This document shows positions 1 to 12,295 of a stretch of 29,526 bases of DNA, one piece after another. The stretch covers positions 1 through 29,526 of the forward strand of contig NIVC01004982.1 in assembly GCA_002269645.1 (NCBI GenBank). The letters run 5' to 3'. A model generated the notes under the pieces. That model was not told the DNA's origin and did not search any database. It worked only from the letters and a program-made list of their open reading frames with translations. Origin of the DNA: Macrostomum lignano (lineage: Eukaryota). The position numbers and the translations under genes are program-made. Each line of letters begins with the position of its first letter. Position 1 is the stretch's first letter.

Positions 1-442
1 AAGCAGATTTAGAGCGTGATAATCCTAGTTTAAGAATGGTGGCTATGCTAGTAATTGACTTAGACGATTTAATTTAGTTACTTCAAATTGATTACAAGTT
101 CTCAACGCAGTTCGCGCGACGCAGATAAATTTGAGCACGGATAACAACGATAATAAATTAATTACGCAACTGGCGAGCGGATCTCAGCTTTGAAGAAGAA
201 GAAGGAACCGAACACGGGACACGGAGAAAGACTCTAAACACTGGCCTAAACCCAGAACCTACTCTCAAACGAGAGCCCTGACGAATTGACGGTTCAGTGG
301 AGCTCTGCTAAGTTCTACCAGCGCTGCCCTTCAGTGCGACACTGAGGCCCTCGGGTCAAACTTTGTCAAATCCGCCAGTCTCTATCTAAACCGCGCTTGA
401 TAACGACGCCCTCAGGCAAGGTGCCGTAGGCGTCACGTCACA
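1..442. mobile_element. Possible LTR or solo-LTR fragment, truncated by the window edge
   Basis: A non-coding block ends in ...CGTCACGTCACA at 442 (TGTGACG... on the - strand), matching the TG...CA convention of LTR termini. No second LTR, PBS, PPT, TSD or pol sequence is visible. Confidence 0.2.
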
Positions 443-3134
443 AGACCTTTTTTTGAGAAAAAAAAGTACATTGAAACGGGTGACCAAATAAGCAAAAATA
501 ATAATTAACAATATGGAAACTAACTAATAAATGCAAACTACACAAAAGATGCTCACACTACACGAGCTCGTAACCTCCGTCGCAGAGCTAAGAAACTCCA
601 CCGCAGAGCAACTAAAACTAAGAGCCCAGCGCAACAAACCGCCTACATGAAGCAATCCATGAGTTTAAAAGTCGTATGGACTCCAAATGAAAAGAATTCA
701 GAAATTTGCAGTTGCCTAAAAATTGTATTTAAAAAGCGCCTTAGAAGTTGCTGGAAATGTAGTTTGTTTCAAGATCTTCGAAATTAATTTGGTGCTTTTT
801 AACCTAGTCCGTTATTAACTTCTAAATTGATTTGAAAAAAGTCCGCTTCTATTTTAGGTGACTCTCCAGTTGATTGCGAACACAGAGAACCGCTCACATG
901 CACCTGCTTCCAACTCTGCAGTTTCTGCCTCTCTTGCCTCCCAGTCTAGCACTTGGCGTCCCTCCCCTCCCTTTGTGGCTTCAGATCTCTTTAATGGTTT
1001 ACCGTAAATTAAATATTAAAAGCATCTTCAGGCCTTGCGCTCGCCTAAAAAATGTAGCCCAGCTCCAGTCTGCTCCCGGTTACCTGTAGTTCTTCTTTGC
1101 GTCATTTTGGACGCTAAAAATATTATTTCTGTTTGGACTAAAATTAGGACTACAAAAAAATGGCGACTGCAATTATCCCCAGCCTCTCCCGACTTCTCCC
1201 AACCCGCCAAAGTTTCATGAGTGGCGACCCTCTCACAATTTGCTGTCTGCATCCAAGCCAGCATTCTGTGGTTCTATCAATAGAATTTGGTTTAGCTAAT
1301 GAAGCTGCATGAGAGGCGCCCAGCTGCAGTGTTGAATTATTAAGATGTATTCAGAAAAGCTTTCTCAGCAAGGCTCATCAAGTTTATACAACAAATTCCA
1401 GCCTCCGGCCCAGAGCAACCACAAAGCAGCGCAGGCTCTTATGGCACCCCTGTTTAAGGGTTAGATGTTAGTAAGATGTTGTTAAATGCTGGTTTCTTAT
1501 AAAGTTTTGCATCTACAAAATCAATATTGCGTATGTGTACGTTTTGAAATGTATAAAAATCATAGAGAATATATTGTACGTATTTACAAGCAAAACATCA
1601 CAAAAACGAATTCAGCAATAGAAAGCCTAAAATTGCTAATTTCAAAATCGCTAATTTTGTGCCAAAAGAATCAAAAGTCTTGCAACATCCGCAAACCTAG
1701 CCCACAAAATGCTTTCTAAGAAATGGTTTCCCTCCCTTGGCACAAGCATTCAAAGCTTTGCAGAGCGAAAGACCGAAATCAGAATGATCGAAAATTATAT
1801 TGACCTACTTGACTTAGCTGCAGGGCTCCGGGCATCCCGATACAGCGGGGTGTTGAAAGCCCATTACGCTGACACCTGCCGACCACGGGCAGCTGGTTTC
1901 CTGGATTGTCGCTCGCCCGGTAGCCCTTGGGTAGCGGACGAGCTGACAGAAATTTTCGGGCCTGAAAACGTCGGATAGGTCCGGGTTTGGACCGAGATAG
2001 GTGAGCCTGTCCTGTCTGTCCGCATTCTCGACGCTGGAGAGGCAGAATCTTCGATATTCTAGATTCCCTAGAGGTGGCGCTGCCTGGCAAAACAGCCACT
2101 GCCTGAAAGGTCCGGATGTCCCTGCAGTTGGGTCCGGCAATCGGTGGCGTCAGCCCACCTCTTCCTGTGCTTGGATGCCACCCACTGGCTAATTCGAGTG
2201 TTGACAACGGCGGTGGGGTAAAAGAACCGGTAAAAAACCAGTAAAAGACACGGTCGAGCCAACCATACGAGTATATAGAAACTTGATTGACCAAGCGTGC
2301 GACCAACGGTACAGATGCTGCAGTGCTGGGTGGTCGCAATTCCGCAACTTATATTTCTACCGCAGCTCAGAGCTCCCACCTTATCGCGGCAGGGTGAACT
2401 GCAGCTCAAGTTAGCTCGTAATTAGGGATACCTTAAAGGTTGCGACGAAAGTTTTCAATTGCGGTACTAACCGGGATCAGTGGGGGCGTAGCGCGGCGCT
2501 CTGATGTGCTCGATTCCAAGTGCAGTCACATTAAATTGGGACTAAATTAAAATCTCGACTTGGGTCTGCTCGCGCACTTATAGGACCCCAAAGGCACAGA
2601 GAGGGTACGAAAGTCAGGGCCGCTGTACATGTGCATGTACACCCTGTGTGAGTACGTATCCGCATGCGCTTGTGCGCCTGCTCAGGACCTCAGCAAATTG
2701 GCCAGTAATGCCTCTGGACGGTTGGTAGAAAGGAAATTTCCTAAATCCCAACAATAGAGGATGCCTTGAACAGAATTCGGAACTTGAAAAATTCACACAA
2801 AAAGGTATGATCCGCATTTTGATAAAAATGTACTCGAAAATACATCATACTTCACTAATCCAAGTGATTGATCGAGTGCAACTTCCACCACTTTCCACAG
2901 CGCGCGCACAATGTCCGCAGTTCATCTGGCAGACCCAGAATCACGCCAGGTGGAGGGATGGGCAGAGGAGGGAGGCAGGGTGGGAGAGGGAGGAAGCATT
3001 TTAGCGAGCAGAGCATGCAGAGATGAAAGCTTTGCTGCAGCTCAGGATGCCACCGGATGAGCAGAGTCCTGCGGGGCGGGAACCCTGTCGCAAGATTAGC
3101 AACGAAAAAAGTACGACCTGATTGACGCTGCCAC

Positions 3135-3907
3135 CAGTAGCGCAACCAGAAATTTGTTGAGTGGGGGCGGATTCTGGAGGGTAAGGACCCAAGGGGGGGG
3201 GCAGATTCTGGAGGGTAAGGACCCAAGGGGGGCGGATTCTGGAGGGTAAGGACCCCAGGGGGGCGGATTCTGGAGGGTAAGGACCCAAGGGGGCGGATTC
3301 TGGAGGGTAAGGACCCAAGGGGGGCGGATTCTGGAGGGTAGGGACCCAAGGGGGCGGATTCTGGAGGGTAAGGACCCATGGGGGGGCGGATTCTGGAGGG
3401 TAAGGACCCAAGGGGGGCGGATTCTGGAGGGTAAGGACCCAAGGGGGGGGCGGATTCTGGAGGGTAGGGACCCAAGGGGCGGATTCTGGAGGGTAAGGAC
3501 CCATGGGGGCGGATTCTGGAGGGTAAGGACCCAAGGGGGGGCGGATTCTGGAGGGTAAGGACCCAAGGGGGGCGGATTCTGGAGGGTAAGGACCCAAGGG
3601 GGGGGGCGGATTCTGGAGGGTAAGGACCCAAGGGGGGCGGATTCTGGAGGGTAAGGACCCAAGGGGGGGGGCGGATTCTGGAGGGTAGGGACCCAAGGGG
3701 CGGATTCTGGAGGGTAAGGACCTATGGGGGCGGATTCTGGAGGGTAAGGACCCATGGGGGCGGATTCTGGAGGGTAAGGACCCAAGGGCGGCTCTGCATT
3801 TTGGCGAAAATTCGCTTTGTCCCCCCTTTGATTTTCTTTTTGGTCTCCGCCTATAATGGGGGGGGGTGGGCAAACTCCAACCGCCCCCCCCCCTGGTTGC
3901 GCCACTG
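3135..3907. mobile_element. Non-autonomous hAT-like DNA transposon (773 bp) carrying an internal minisatellite
   Basis: TIRs CAGTAGCGCAACCAG (3135-3149) and CTGGTTGCGCCACTG (3893-3907) match 14/15. A perfect 8-bp TSD GCTGCCAC lies at 3127-3134 and 3908-3915. CAG termini with an 8-bp TSD are characteristic of hAT. No transposase. Confidence 0.85.
3163..3790. repeat. G-rich minisatellite, ~31-bp unit, 20 copies
   Basis: Unit G(n)CGGATTCTGGAGGGTAAGGACCCAA with a variable G-run of about 4-9. It generates the repetitive minus-strand ORFs (GPYPPESAP...). Confidence 0.97.
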
Positions 3908-5344
3908 GCTGCCACCGAGCGAGATTAATTGCGCGACCAATTCTCACATGGCTTCTCCACAGACCCACTTTTGGGGCATAGACAATGAAGAACGAGTCTT
4001 CAGTAGCTGGACTCTCCCGCTGAGGACCTTGATTCAACTCAGAACATATTTCTTTAAATATTCTAAATATTTCAATCTTTACACATCTTTTACTCATTTT
4101 AGAAATACCCTCTGCCAGCTACTGCCAGTAGTTGTAACGGCATGCCCGCAGTAGTTTCTGCCCTACCCCCGTTTCGGTCGCGGAAGCGGGCATGAGTCAG
4201 AGCCGGCGGGCTGCCCCCGATAAATGCCCCCCCCCCCCGGAAAAGAGGCCCAGCCCGATATTGAAGCCAGCGAATGCCTGCCTGCCAACAGCTCTGCTGC
4301 TGAGGCTGGAGCTAAGGGGAATTCGCTACCGCCTTTATGGGTTGCGCGCGCGTTGCTGTTGGCTTGCGCGATTTGTGAACCCCCGGCAGGAACTGCGCGC
4401 AAAGTGCGCGAGCCGTCAGCAGATGAGTCACCCATGCGCTGCCTTCGCAGTCGGGCGCGTTGCGTTCGGTTTAGCGCAAAATTTCGCACTGCCTGCGGAA
4501 AAGTTTTTACTCCGATGACGTATGATTGGCCTCCATTCCGGTCAAACGGAACTGCAAGATGTGCTGCCTAAAGTAAATAATTGCTGTGCTGGTTGACAGA
4601 ACCGCTGCCAATGCAAAACAATGCCAAGGAAGTTTCCTTTTTAACCTTTTTGAACATCTTGTTGAGTGTCAATTCTCTCCTAGCGTTCGTGTGCTTAGAC
4701 ACTGGACTTCGAACTCAGAACTAAGGGGGGGGGGGCATCGAATGCTTCAGCATCAGTGAGGTATTCGAGACATTCCAGCTTCATTTTATGCTCGAAAGTC
4801 GCAAAGGAGAAGGACATCGAGTGACGTCCCGACAGGCTGCAAAATCAATTTCTAAGAACAGGTTTGTGCATGTTGCGATGGAGTTTCTTCTCGTGCTGCC
4901 ATATCGCGTGACGGCCGGGACTGGCGGCATGAGTCACCGCATGGCCGCAGTTTTCTGCATGCTTCGCGGTTTAAAAAATCAGCGCTTCGGCGCAATAAAA
5001 AACTGCCGTGTTGCGCAACCCGACGCGATCGTGACTCAGCCGCGCGTGGCCAGGGCCGAGGCGTCGCTTCTGCATCAAGCTTCATCCCCAAGTCATTGTC
5101 CGAATTCCTCTACAACTGGCCGTTTCACTTCGATGAGGAATTTCCTGCTGCAGCACTTGCCGCTCATCCGTCATTCAGATTTGGCATCGGCGGCATTGCG
5201 GCAGAGCTGAACTGACTCGCCAACTGACTGCGGAGGCTGCCGTTTGTTGGCCGATCTGGGAATTCCGGATATCGGGTGGCCATCCGGCCATCCGAAATGA
5301 TCGAAATGGAATTCCGAAACAGGGGATGTCATAAATTTTTTTGA

Positions 5345-6450
5345 GGCCATAGCTTTTCTGTGCGATCATAGCCATTCTGTGTGGTCATAGTCATTCTGTG
5401 TGGTCATAGTCATTCTGTGTGGTCATAGTCATTCTGTGTGGTCATAGTCATTCTGTGTGGTCATAGTCATTCTGTGTGGTCATAGTCATTCTGTGTGGTC
5501 ATAGTCATTCTGTGTGGTCATAGTCATTCTGTAGGGTCATAGTCATTCTGTGTGGTCATAGTCATTCTGTGTGGTCATAGTCATTCTGCGTGGTCATAGT
5601 CATTCTGTGTGGTCATAGTCATTCTGTGTGGTCATAGTCATTCTGTGTGGTCATAGTCATTCTGTGTGGTCATAGTCATTCTGTGTGGTCATAGTCATTC
5701 TGTAGGGTCATAGTCATTCTGTGTGGTCATAGTCATTCTGTGTGGTCATAGTCATTCTGTAGGGTCATAGTCATTCTGTGTGGTCATAGTCATTCTGTGT
5801 GGTCATAGTCATTCTGTGTGGTCATAGTCATTCTGTGTGGTCATAGTCATTCTGTGTGGTCATAGTCATTCTGTGTGGTCATAGTCATTCTGTGTGGTCA
5901 TAGTCATTCTGTAGGGTCATAGTCATTCTGTGTGGTCATAGTCATTCTGTGGGGTCATAGTCATTCTGCGTGGTCATAGTCATTCTGTGTGGTCATAGTC
6001 ATTCTGTGTGGTCATAGTCATTCTGTGTGGTCATAGTCATTCTGTGTGGTCATAGTCATTCTGTGTGGTCATAGTCATTCTGTAGGGTCATAGTCATTCT
6101 GTGTGGTCATAGTCATTCTGTGTGGTCATAGTCATTCTGTAGGGTCATAGTCATTCTGTGTGGTCATAGTCATTCTGTGTGGTCATAGTCATTCTGTGTG
6201 GTCATAGTCATTCTGTGTGGTCATAGTCATTCTGTGTGGTCATAGTCATTCTGTGTGGTCATAGTCATTCTGTGTGGTCATAGTCATTCTGTGTGGTCAT
6301 AGTCATTCTGTGTGGTCATAGTCATTCTGTAGGGTCATAGTCATTCTGTGTGGTCATAGTCATTCTGTGTGGTCATAGTCATTCTGTGTGGTCATAGTCA
6401 TTCTGTGTGGTCATAGTCATTCTGTGTGGTCATAGCTATTCTGTAGGGTC
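5345..6450. repeat. 19-bp tandem repeat, ~58 copies
   Basis: Unit GGTCATAGTCATTCTGTGT, nearly perfect, with recurring ...CTGTAG and ...CTGCGT variants and degenerate edges. Confidence 0.98.
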
Positions 6451-7425
6451 GTACCCATACTGTGGGATCATGGCTACTCATTGGGTTCATGGCCATTCTA
6501 TCGGCGTCATTCCAAAAGGTCATTAGCCTCTTTCACAAGAGATCACACTACCAAGTCTAAAGTGTCATAGCCAGTCTATTAGGATCAGCGCCTTGCTACA
6601 GAGTTACTCCCAGAGGATTTTTTTGAGACAGGCAGCGAGTGTCAGGCAGCCCGAACCGATGGATGAACTGTCGATTTTCGTTAATCATCATGTTATTATT
6701 ATTATTCGAGTTTCAACCTAACACCCACTCAAGGCGGCATTATCCGATCAATTATAAACTCGATTCACTTCGGGCTTTACCGGAACGGCGTGAGTGGCCG
6801 CCCCAGGGGGCACCGGCTCGCTTACTAATTCTGCTGATTACGTAATCACTTGGGCCTCAATACGCTACCAACACACCGGCTAGGGGGGGGGCAGTTGTCG
6901 CACCCCGTGTTAGTCACTTGCGACCCCCAGGTTTACTCATTCTCTCACGGAACTCTCATTGTCAGGGGGAGGAGGGGGTGCAGCGCATGGGCTGCTTTCT
7001 TCCCAAAAGCTGGCAGCTCCCTACCCCCCCCCCCCTGCCCCCGTGACACCGGCGCGCTATGAACAGAATTGCGTCATCTGCCAGTCAAGCGCGTGACTCA
7101 CTGGGCGCAGATTCTTCCTGTCAGCTCGGGGGTGGTCTTTAATCGGCGCATTCTGCGTGGGCAATCCGGGGGGGGGAGATGATCAACCAGATGATAATTC
7201 CATATTTGTGCCGGAGACTCAACTAGTTGGGGTGGAGCAGAACTCAGAGCAATGGCTGAAACGATGCGTGCCTTCTGTGCGAGTCGATGATTTGCATTGA
7301 TTTCTCCAGCAATGAGGGGCAAAGGGGAAGCGGCGCCAACCCCTAATCTTCAGCTCGACATCCTGGCAGCTTTGCACATCAGCATACAATAAAATTTCTG
7401 GCTCCCATTGTGCTTCTGCTAGAAG

Positions 7426-7830
7426 TCTGGCGCTTACTATCAGGCGCCCCTTACTATCTAGCGCTTCTTACGATCTGGCGCCGTTTACTATCTGGCGCCG
7501 TTTACTATCTTGCGCCCTTTACTATCTGGCGCCCTTTACTATCTGGCGCCCTTTACTATCTGGCGCCCTTTACTATCTGGCGCCCTTTACTATCTGGCGC
7601 CCTTTACTATCTGGCGCCCTTTACTATCTGGCGCCCTTTACTATCTGGCGCCCGTAACTATCTGGCGCCCGTAACTATCTGGCGCCCCCTCTATCTGGCG
7701 CTGTTGAATGCCTTTAAAGGAAATATGTTTATAGTTATTCTACCTGACGCACCACTTTCTTTGATCTGGCGCCCCTATCTATCTGGGGCTACTTCCATTC
7801 TGGCGCCACTTCTTTGATGTGGCGCTGTCG
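7426..7830. repeat. 17-bp tandem repeat with degenerate flanks
   Basis: Unit TTTACTATCTGGCGCCC, cleanest at ~7480-7700. It explains ORF 7410-7817 (17-aa periodicity = 3 units). Confidence 0.95.
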
Positions 7831-8754
7831 AATGTCTTTTCAAAGCAAAGTTTTTAGATTTAAGAAAAAGTATTGAACAGTTTTACAATAGGTATTTGTT
7901 TCGAGTGCCAGGCCACAAAAGTGAGTGACCCCGGTTCGCAATAATCCCAAAAGTCAGAGCTGCATTTTTTTAATCCTCCTCTTCCGCTGAGCTGCCTTTG
8001 TGTGACTCAGCTGGCCTTTGTTGCAGCCGCCACGCAAGTCCCGTCGGCACTGAGGTCGGCAGCGGGCGCAGCGGGCGCAGCGCAAGTCCCCCGGCAGTGA
8101 AGAGAGCAGTTGGGGAGGCTCCAGCAAAGAAAATGTTTGCCGAGCAAAATCCCCACGCAAGCTGGCATCCCATAGGGCGGCTCTGAGGCGGAAGGTGAGA
8201 GAAGGGCGAGCGGTGACTCACAAAGGGCGGGGCTGCCGGGATCCTCGCTGCTCACCTGAGCGCCGCCAGCCGACTCTGCCTCTCTCGCGCCCGACCGAGA
8301 TCTGTTGCCAGGCCCCCCCCCAGTAACCTTAATTGACCCCTCGTCCTCTGCCAAACCTCAGCCTGACCGCCTCAAGATTGATTGCGGCAGTTGCGCATTG
8401 CGCAATAGAAAAAATGTTCGCTCGCGAGGGCCGGGTCGCAGCTCCGTGATTTGATTAGTGGCGCCTTCTCTTATCAATATTTGCGGCTCAGCGCCAATTT
8501 GCAATTTCTTCTTTCAGGTTTTGACAGCCGTGACCGAGCAGCCCCCCTCCCGGTGCTGTTGAGCCGAAGCTGAACTGCGGCATTTTCCTCGGATCCCCCC
8601 TCCCGGGATTATGGATTGGGAAATTTCATTTTAGGGAGTGGGGGAACAGAAATGCCAGCTCTGCTGGTGGCGAGTGACTCATCTCGGCCATTGTGCGAAT
8701 TGACTGTCTCGTTGCGGGGTCTCAAATCGGAAGACGGCTTATTCATAATTCACA

Positions 8755-9220
8755 TCTTTGAGACTCATTTAGAGGGGTCAACGGACCTCCCCCTTCATGA
8801 AACTCATTTCGATAACCTCCTCTGACTTGTACTCGCAAAAAGTTATCCCTTCACAGAGATGCAATATGAGGGTCAACGGACCACCCGAAAAACTTATTTC
8901 AATAGGTCAGCGGACCCCCCCCCCGCATTGAGAACTATTTAGAGGGGTCAGTGGACCTCTCCTCACATTCAGAACCATTTGTAGAAGTCAACGGACCTGC
9001 CCTGAGGCTAGTTTAGAGGGGTCAAGGACCTCCCTCCTATTGAGATGATACTCATTAGGAGGGGTCAATGGACCTCCTCCTCTATGAAACGCACTTAGAG
9101 GATTGCCCCACACTTAGGACTTACATCTACGAGTTGCAGAAGGGGTCAATGGACCTCCCCTCATTGGGTCTCATTGAGAGGGTCAACGGGCCCAATTTAT
9201 TAGAGGGGTCAAGGGCCCCA
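8755..9220. repeat. Old, degenerate ~40-bp tandem repeat (about 10 copies)
   Basis: Recurrent core (TTT)AGAGGGGTCAA[C/T]GGACCTCCC preceded by TTGAGACTCA-like sequence. The inter-core segments are homologous to one another. Confidence 0.8.
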
Positions 9221-9732
9221 TGCAAAATCTGGCTCCAGTTGCAGTGTTTCTTCAACTGCAATAATTTCGCACAGGAGGGGGGTGGGGCGGTGCCAGTGCG
9301 TGAGCAGTTTGAGATCAGCTCGGGAGCTTGAGTCAGCGCCCACGCCTCATCCCCAGCGGCGGCACTAGCTTATCAGATCGGCGCCCTGATTATTTGAGCT
9401 GCTGCTGGCGGGAATTAGCAAAAATTAACGCCGTTCGATGGAGAATCTCTGTGAAGCTGCGAACAGCTCAATGGATTATCAGATGGATTATAAAGCCAAA
9501 AAGCGCTCTAAGAGTGAAGCGGTGAGCTGAGTCAGAGGAGCTGAAATTTAGGGCTAAAACTCTGCAATATCGGTGACTCAGAACTTTCAACTCCAGTTTA
9601 TTTAACAGCTGCATCAAATTAATGAATTTTAAGCATGGAGGAGTGCAGGAAAACAACTGGGCTGGGAGTCATAAACACCCAGTTTCAGATGCACCCCGCG
9701 TCACTTCGAATTGCTGCGTCATGCATGAAGTG

Positions 9733-10665
9733 TTTTGGCGCCACCGGGGATTAGCAAAACCAGGGACATTTGGCGCCACCAGTGACATTTTGGCGCCACC
9801 AGGGACATTTTGGCGCCACTAGGGCTATTTTGGCGCCTCCAGGGACATTTTGGCACCACCAGGGACATTTTGGCGCCACCAGGGATATTTTGGCGCCACC
9901 AGGGACATTTTGGCGCCACCAGGGACATTTTGGCGCCACCAGGGACATTTTGGCGCCACCAGGGAGTATTTTGGCGCCACCGGGATATTTTGGGGCCACT
10001 GGGGATATTTTGGCGCCACCAGGGACATTTTGGCGCCACCAGGGACATTTTGGCGCCACCAGGGACATTTTGGCGCCACCAGGGAGTATTTTGGCGCCAC
10101 CGGGATATTTTGGGGCCACCAGGGATATTTTGGCACCACCAGGGACATTTTGGCGCCACCAGGGATATTTTGGCGCCACCAGGGACATTTTGGCGCCACC
10201 AGGGACATTTTGGCGCCACCAGGGACATTTTGGCGCCACCAGGGAGTATTTTGGCGCCACCGGGATATTTTGGGGCCACTGGGGATATTTTGGCGCCACC
10301 AGGGACATTTTAGCGCCACCAGGGACATTTGGCGCCACTAGGGATATTTTGGCACCACCAGGGAGTATTTTGGCGCCACCGGGATATTTTGGGGCCACTG
10401 GGGATATTTTGGCGCCACCAGGGACATTTTAGCGCCACCAGGGACATTTTTTGGCGCCACCAGGGACATTTTGGCGCCACCAAGGACATTTTGGCGCCAC
10501 CAAGGACATTTTGGCGCCACCAGGGATATTCGGATGCCACCTGGGTATTCTGGCGCCACCTGGGTATTTCAGCGCCACCAAGGATAGGGATTAGTTTTGG
10601 CGCCGTCAAGGATATTTTAGAGCCGTCAGGGTGATTTTGGTCTGGATATGGATATTTTAGCGCCA
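9733..10665. repeat. 20-bp tandem repeat, ~45 copies, with higher-order structure
   Basis: Unit TTTTGGCGCCACCAGGGACA. The variant AGGGAGTATTTT recurs at 9961, 10081, 10241 and 10360. It explains all ORFs called at 9719-10666. Confidence 0.97.
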
Positions 10666-11146
10666 TGCTCGCTTCTTGGCCGATTATATCAATAAAAATT
10701 TGGCGTCATCGAAAGTAGCTCGCGCTATAAAAAGAATCACACTAGCTATTATCACATTCAATTAATAATTGTCAGTTGCGGTCTCCGGCCCTGGACTGAC
10801 TGAGCACTCACTGCGCTCACTGGCCGCCGCCCCCGCCCGCACTGCACGGCTCAGCCCCCCCGCCCCAGCTTAGTCAGTTTTGGGGTGTCAGAGGTCGCCG
10901 AGGCACCCCATGCAGTTGGAATTCGCTTTGTTTAGCCATGTTAATCATCGCGGCTGCCGGCCTGTTCTGCTGTTGAGTCACTCGAGCTGCCGCAAACACA
11001 TTTCAGACTTGTGGAAGCATGTTAAGGTAAGACGGGGGGCTTCCTACATGACAGAGCAGGTTAGCACTCATCTGATCGTGTCCTAAGCTCGTCTGCTGGG
11101 TTTAAATTCGAGTCAATGAATATTTGTCACTTTTTTGGACATCACC

Positions 11147-11405
11147 GGGAGAGGAGAGGAAGAGGGAAGGGATAGGAGAGGAGGGAGAGAGCGGAGAGGA
11201 GAGGGGGAGAGGGAGAGGTGAGGGGTAGGGAGAGATAGAGGGAGAGAGAGGAGAGGTAGGGAGAAGAGAGGGAGAGATCGAGGAGAGGGAGATGAGGAGA
11301 GGGGTAGAGAGGAGAGAAGAGTAGAGGGAGGAGAGGCAGAAGATAAGGAGAGGGGAGGCGGAGTCCGGAGAGAGAAGAAGAAAAGGTGATTAAGAGGAGA
11401 GAGTG
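11147..11405 (+). repeat. Polypurine (GA-rich) low-complexity tract
   Basis: About 260 bp almost entirely G/A (GGAGAGG-like motifs), ~900 bp upstream of the DUSP start codon. Confidence 0.9.
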
Positions 11406-11779
11406 ATTATTAAGAGGCCGCTAAAACAAAGGCCGTCAGCCCGATGATGCAGTCCTGGGCTGCCCCCCAGCCAGCCCCCCATTGTCCGAAACTTCTACTA
11501 AGCAAGTAAAATTGCCCAAAAAATGGAAACTGCCGCCCTCCCCCAGCCGCATCGCAAACAGTTGCGGGCGCTCCGAGGGTCCGCGCGACCCCCGCGGCGC
11601 TTAGCGTAAGTCACCTGCGGGGAGAGGGACAAGCTTAAGAGTTGCGATAAGGCGGCCCCAAGTGGCCAGTCATCTGACTGTTCAATAACTCTGCAATGAT
11701 TCTATTAGTCACCCGCCAGCCACTCAGTCCTAATTGCCGGAGATTTCCGCGGCCTCTCCCGTGTTTAACACGCGCGCCC

Positions 11780-12060
11780 CTTCCGCATTGGGCTGGCGTG
11801 TGTCCTGCGTTATTGAACCTGATTAGTCAGTTGGTCCTGGCGGCCGCGGTAGCAATCTGCTCTGGTTGGCTGGCCGTTGCCTAGCGACCGGCCGGGGAAC
11901 CCCCTGTCTGTCTGCGGCCTGCGCACTGGCTGGCTGAGTCAGCCAGGGGGTGGGGGCGGGGGGGATTCCCCCAAAGGCCCGCCGCCGCCTCCTCCTCCTC
12001 CGCGGGCAGCATAAATTCCCAACTCAGCTCTTCCCCTCTGTTCGCTCCCTAAGCGGAACT
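11780..12060 (+). promoter_or_regulatory. Likely proximal promoter of the DUSP gene
   Basis: GC-rich block with AP-1 (11935), a GC box (GGGGCGGGG ~11953), kB-like GGGGAACCCCC (11894) and GGGGATTCCCC (11961), and TATA-like CATAAAT (~12011). A pyrimidine-rich leader follows, then ATG at 12296. Confidence 0.5.
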
Positions 12061-12295
12061 GCACCGTCTGATTCATAATTTCCTCTCGTTCATCGCGTCA
12101 TCACCGGCTTTGCCGAAGCATCCGCCCTCCCCCCGGTTCTCGAATAAAATCCTCGAGTTCGGACTGAGCCAGACTCTTCTCTTCTTCATCAGTTCGATTC
12201 GAGTCCGGTCATTTTTTCTCTCGAGCGTAGCATCGCCTCAGCAGTGGCAGATAATCGGATTCATCCCTGGTAGCAGCACCCCATCCCGAGTAATC

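Noticed and set aside
858-1007. Possible terminal exon (acceptor TTTTAG, 49 codons, TAA, then ATTAAA)
   Set aside because: There is no recognisable domain or upstream exon in the window, and two frames are about equally plausible.
1779-2409. GC-richer block with a 186-aa minus ORF and weak inverted ends around CTGCAG
   Set aside because: No protein motif is recognisable, the inverted match is short and gapped, and there is no TSD.
2483-2520. tRNA/SINE-like start GGGGGCGTAGC with a B-box-like GCTCGATTCC
   Set aside because: The A-box to B-box distance is far too short, and there is no cloverleaf or acceptor-stem partner.
3001-3090. Minus-strand acceptor-like tract (TTTTTTCGTTGCTAATCTTGCGACAG) followed by a short open frame
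   Set aside because: No homology and no convincing upstream exon; it cannot be supported without transcripts.
2855-4097. Long minus-strand ORFs of 258-333 aa (GPYPPESAP repeats)
   Set aside because: They are open in all three frames only because the minisatellite unit lacks stops on that strand.
8755-9220. CRISPR-like look: a palindromic core (GGTC-AACG-GACC) separated by variable sequence
   Set aside because: The 'spacers' are homologous to one another, the cores are degenerate and unevenly spaced, there are no cas genes, and the context is eukaryotic. It is a decayed tandem repeat.
9719-10666. Numerous 100-220 aa ORFs on both strands
   Set aside because: They are translations of the 20-bp tandem repeat.
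10726-10734. Perfect TATA box TATAAAAAG
   Set aside because: It is 1.5 kb from the DUSP ATG at the edge of a repeat, with no exon evidence linking it to a gene.
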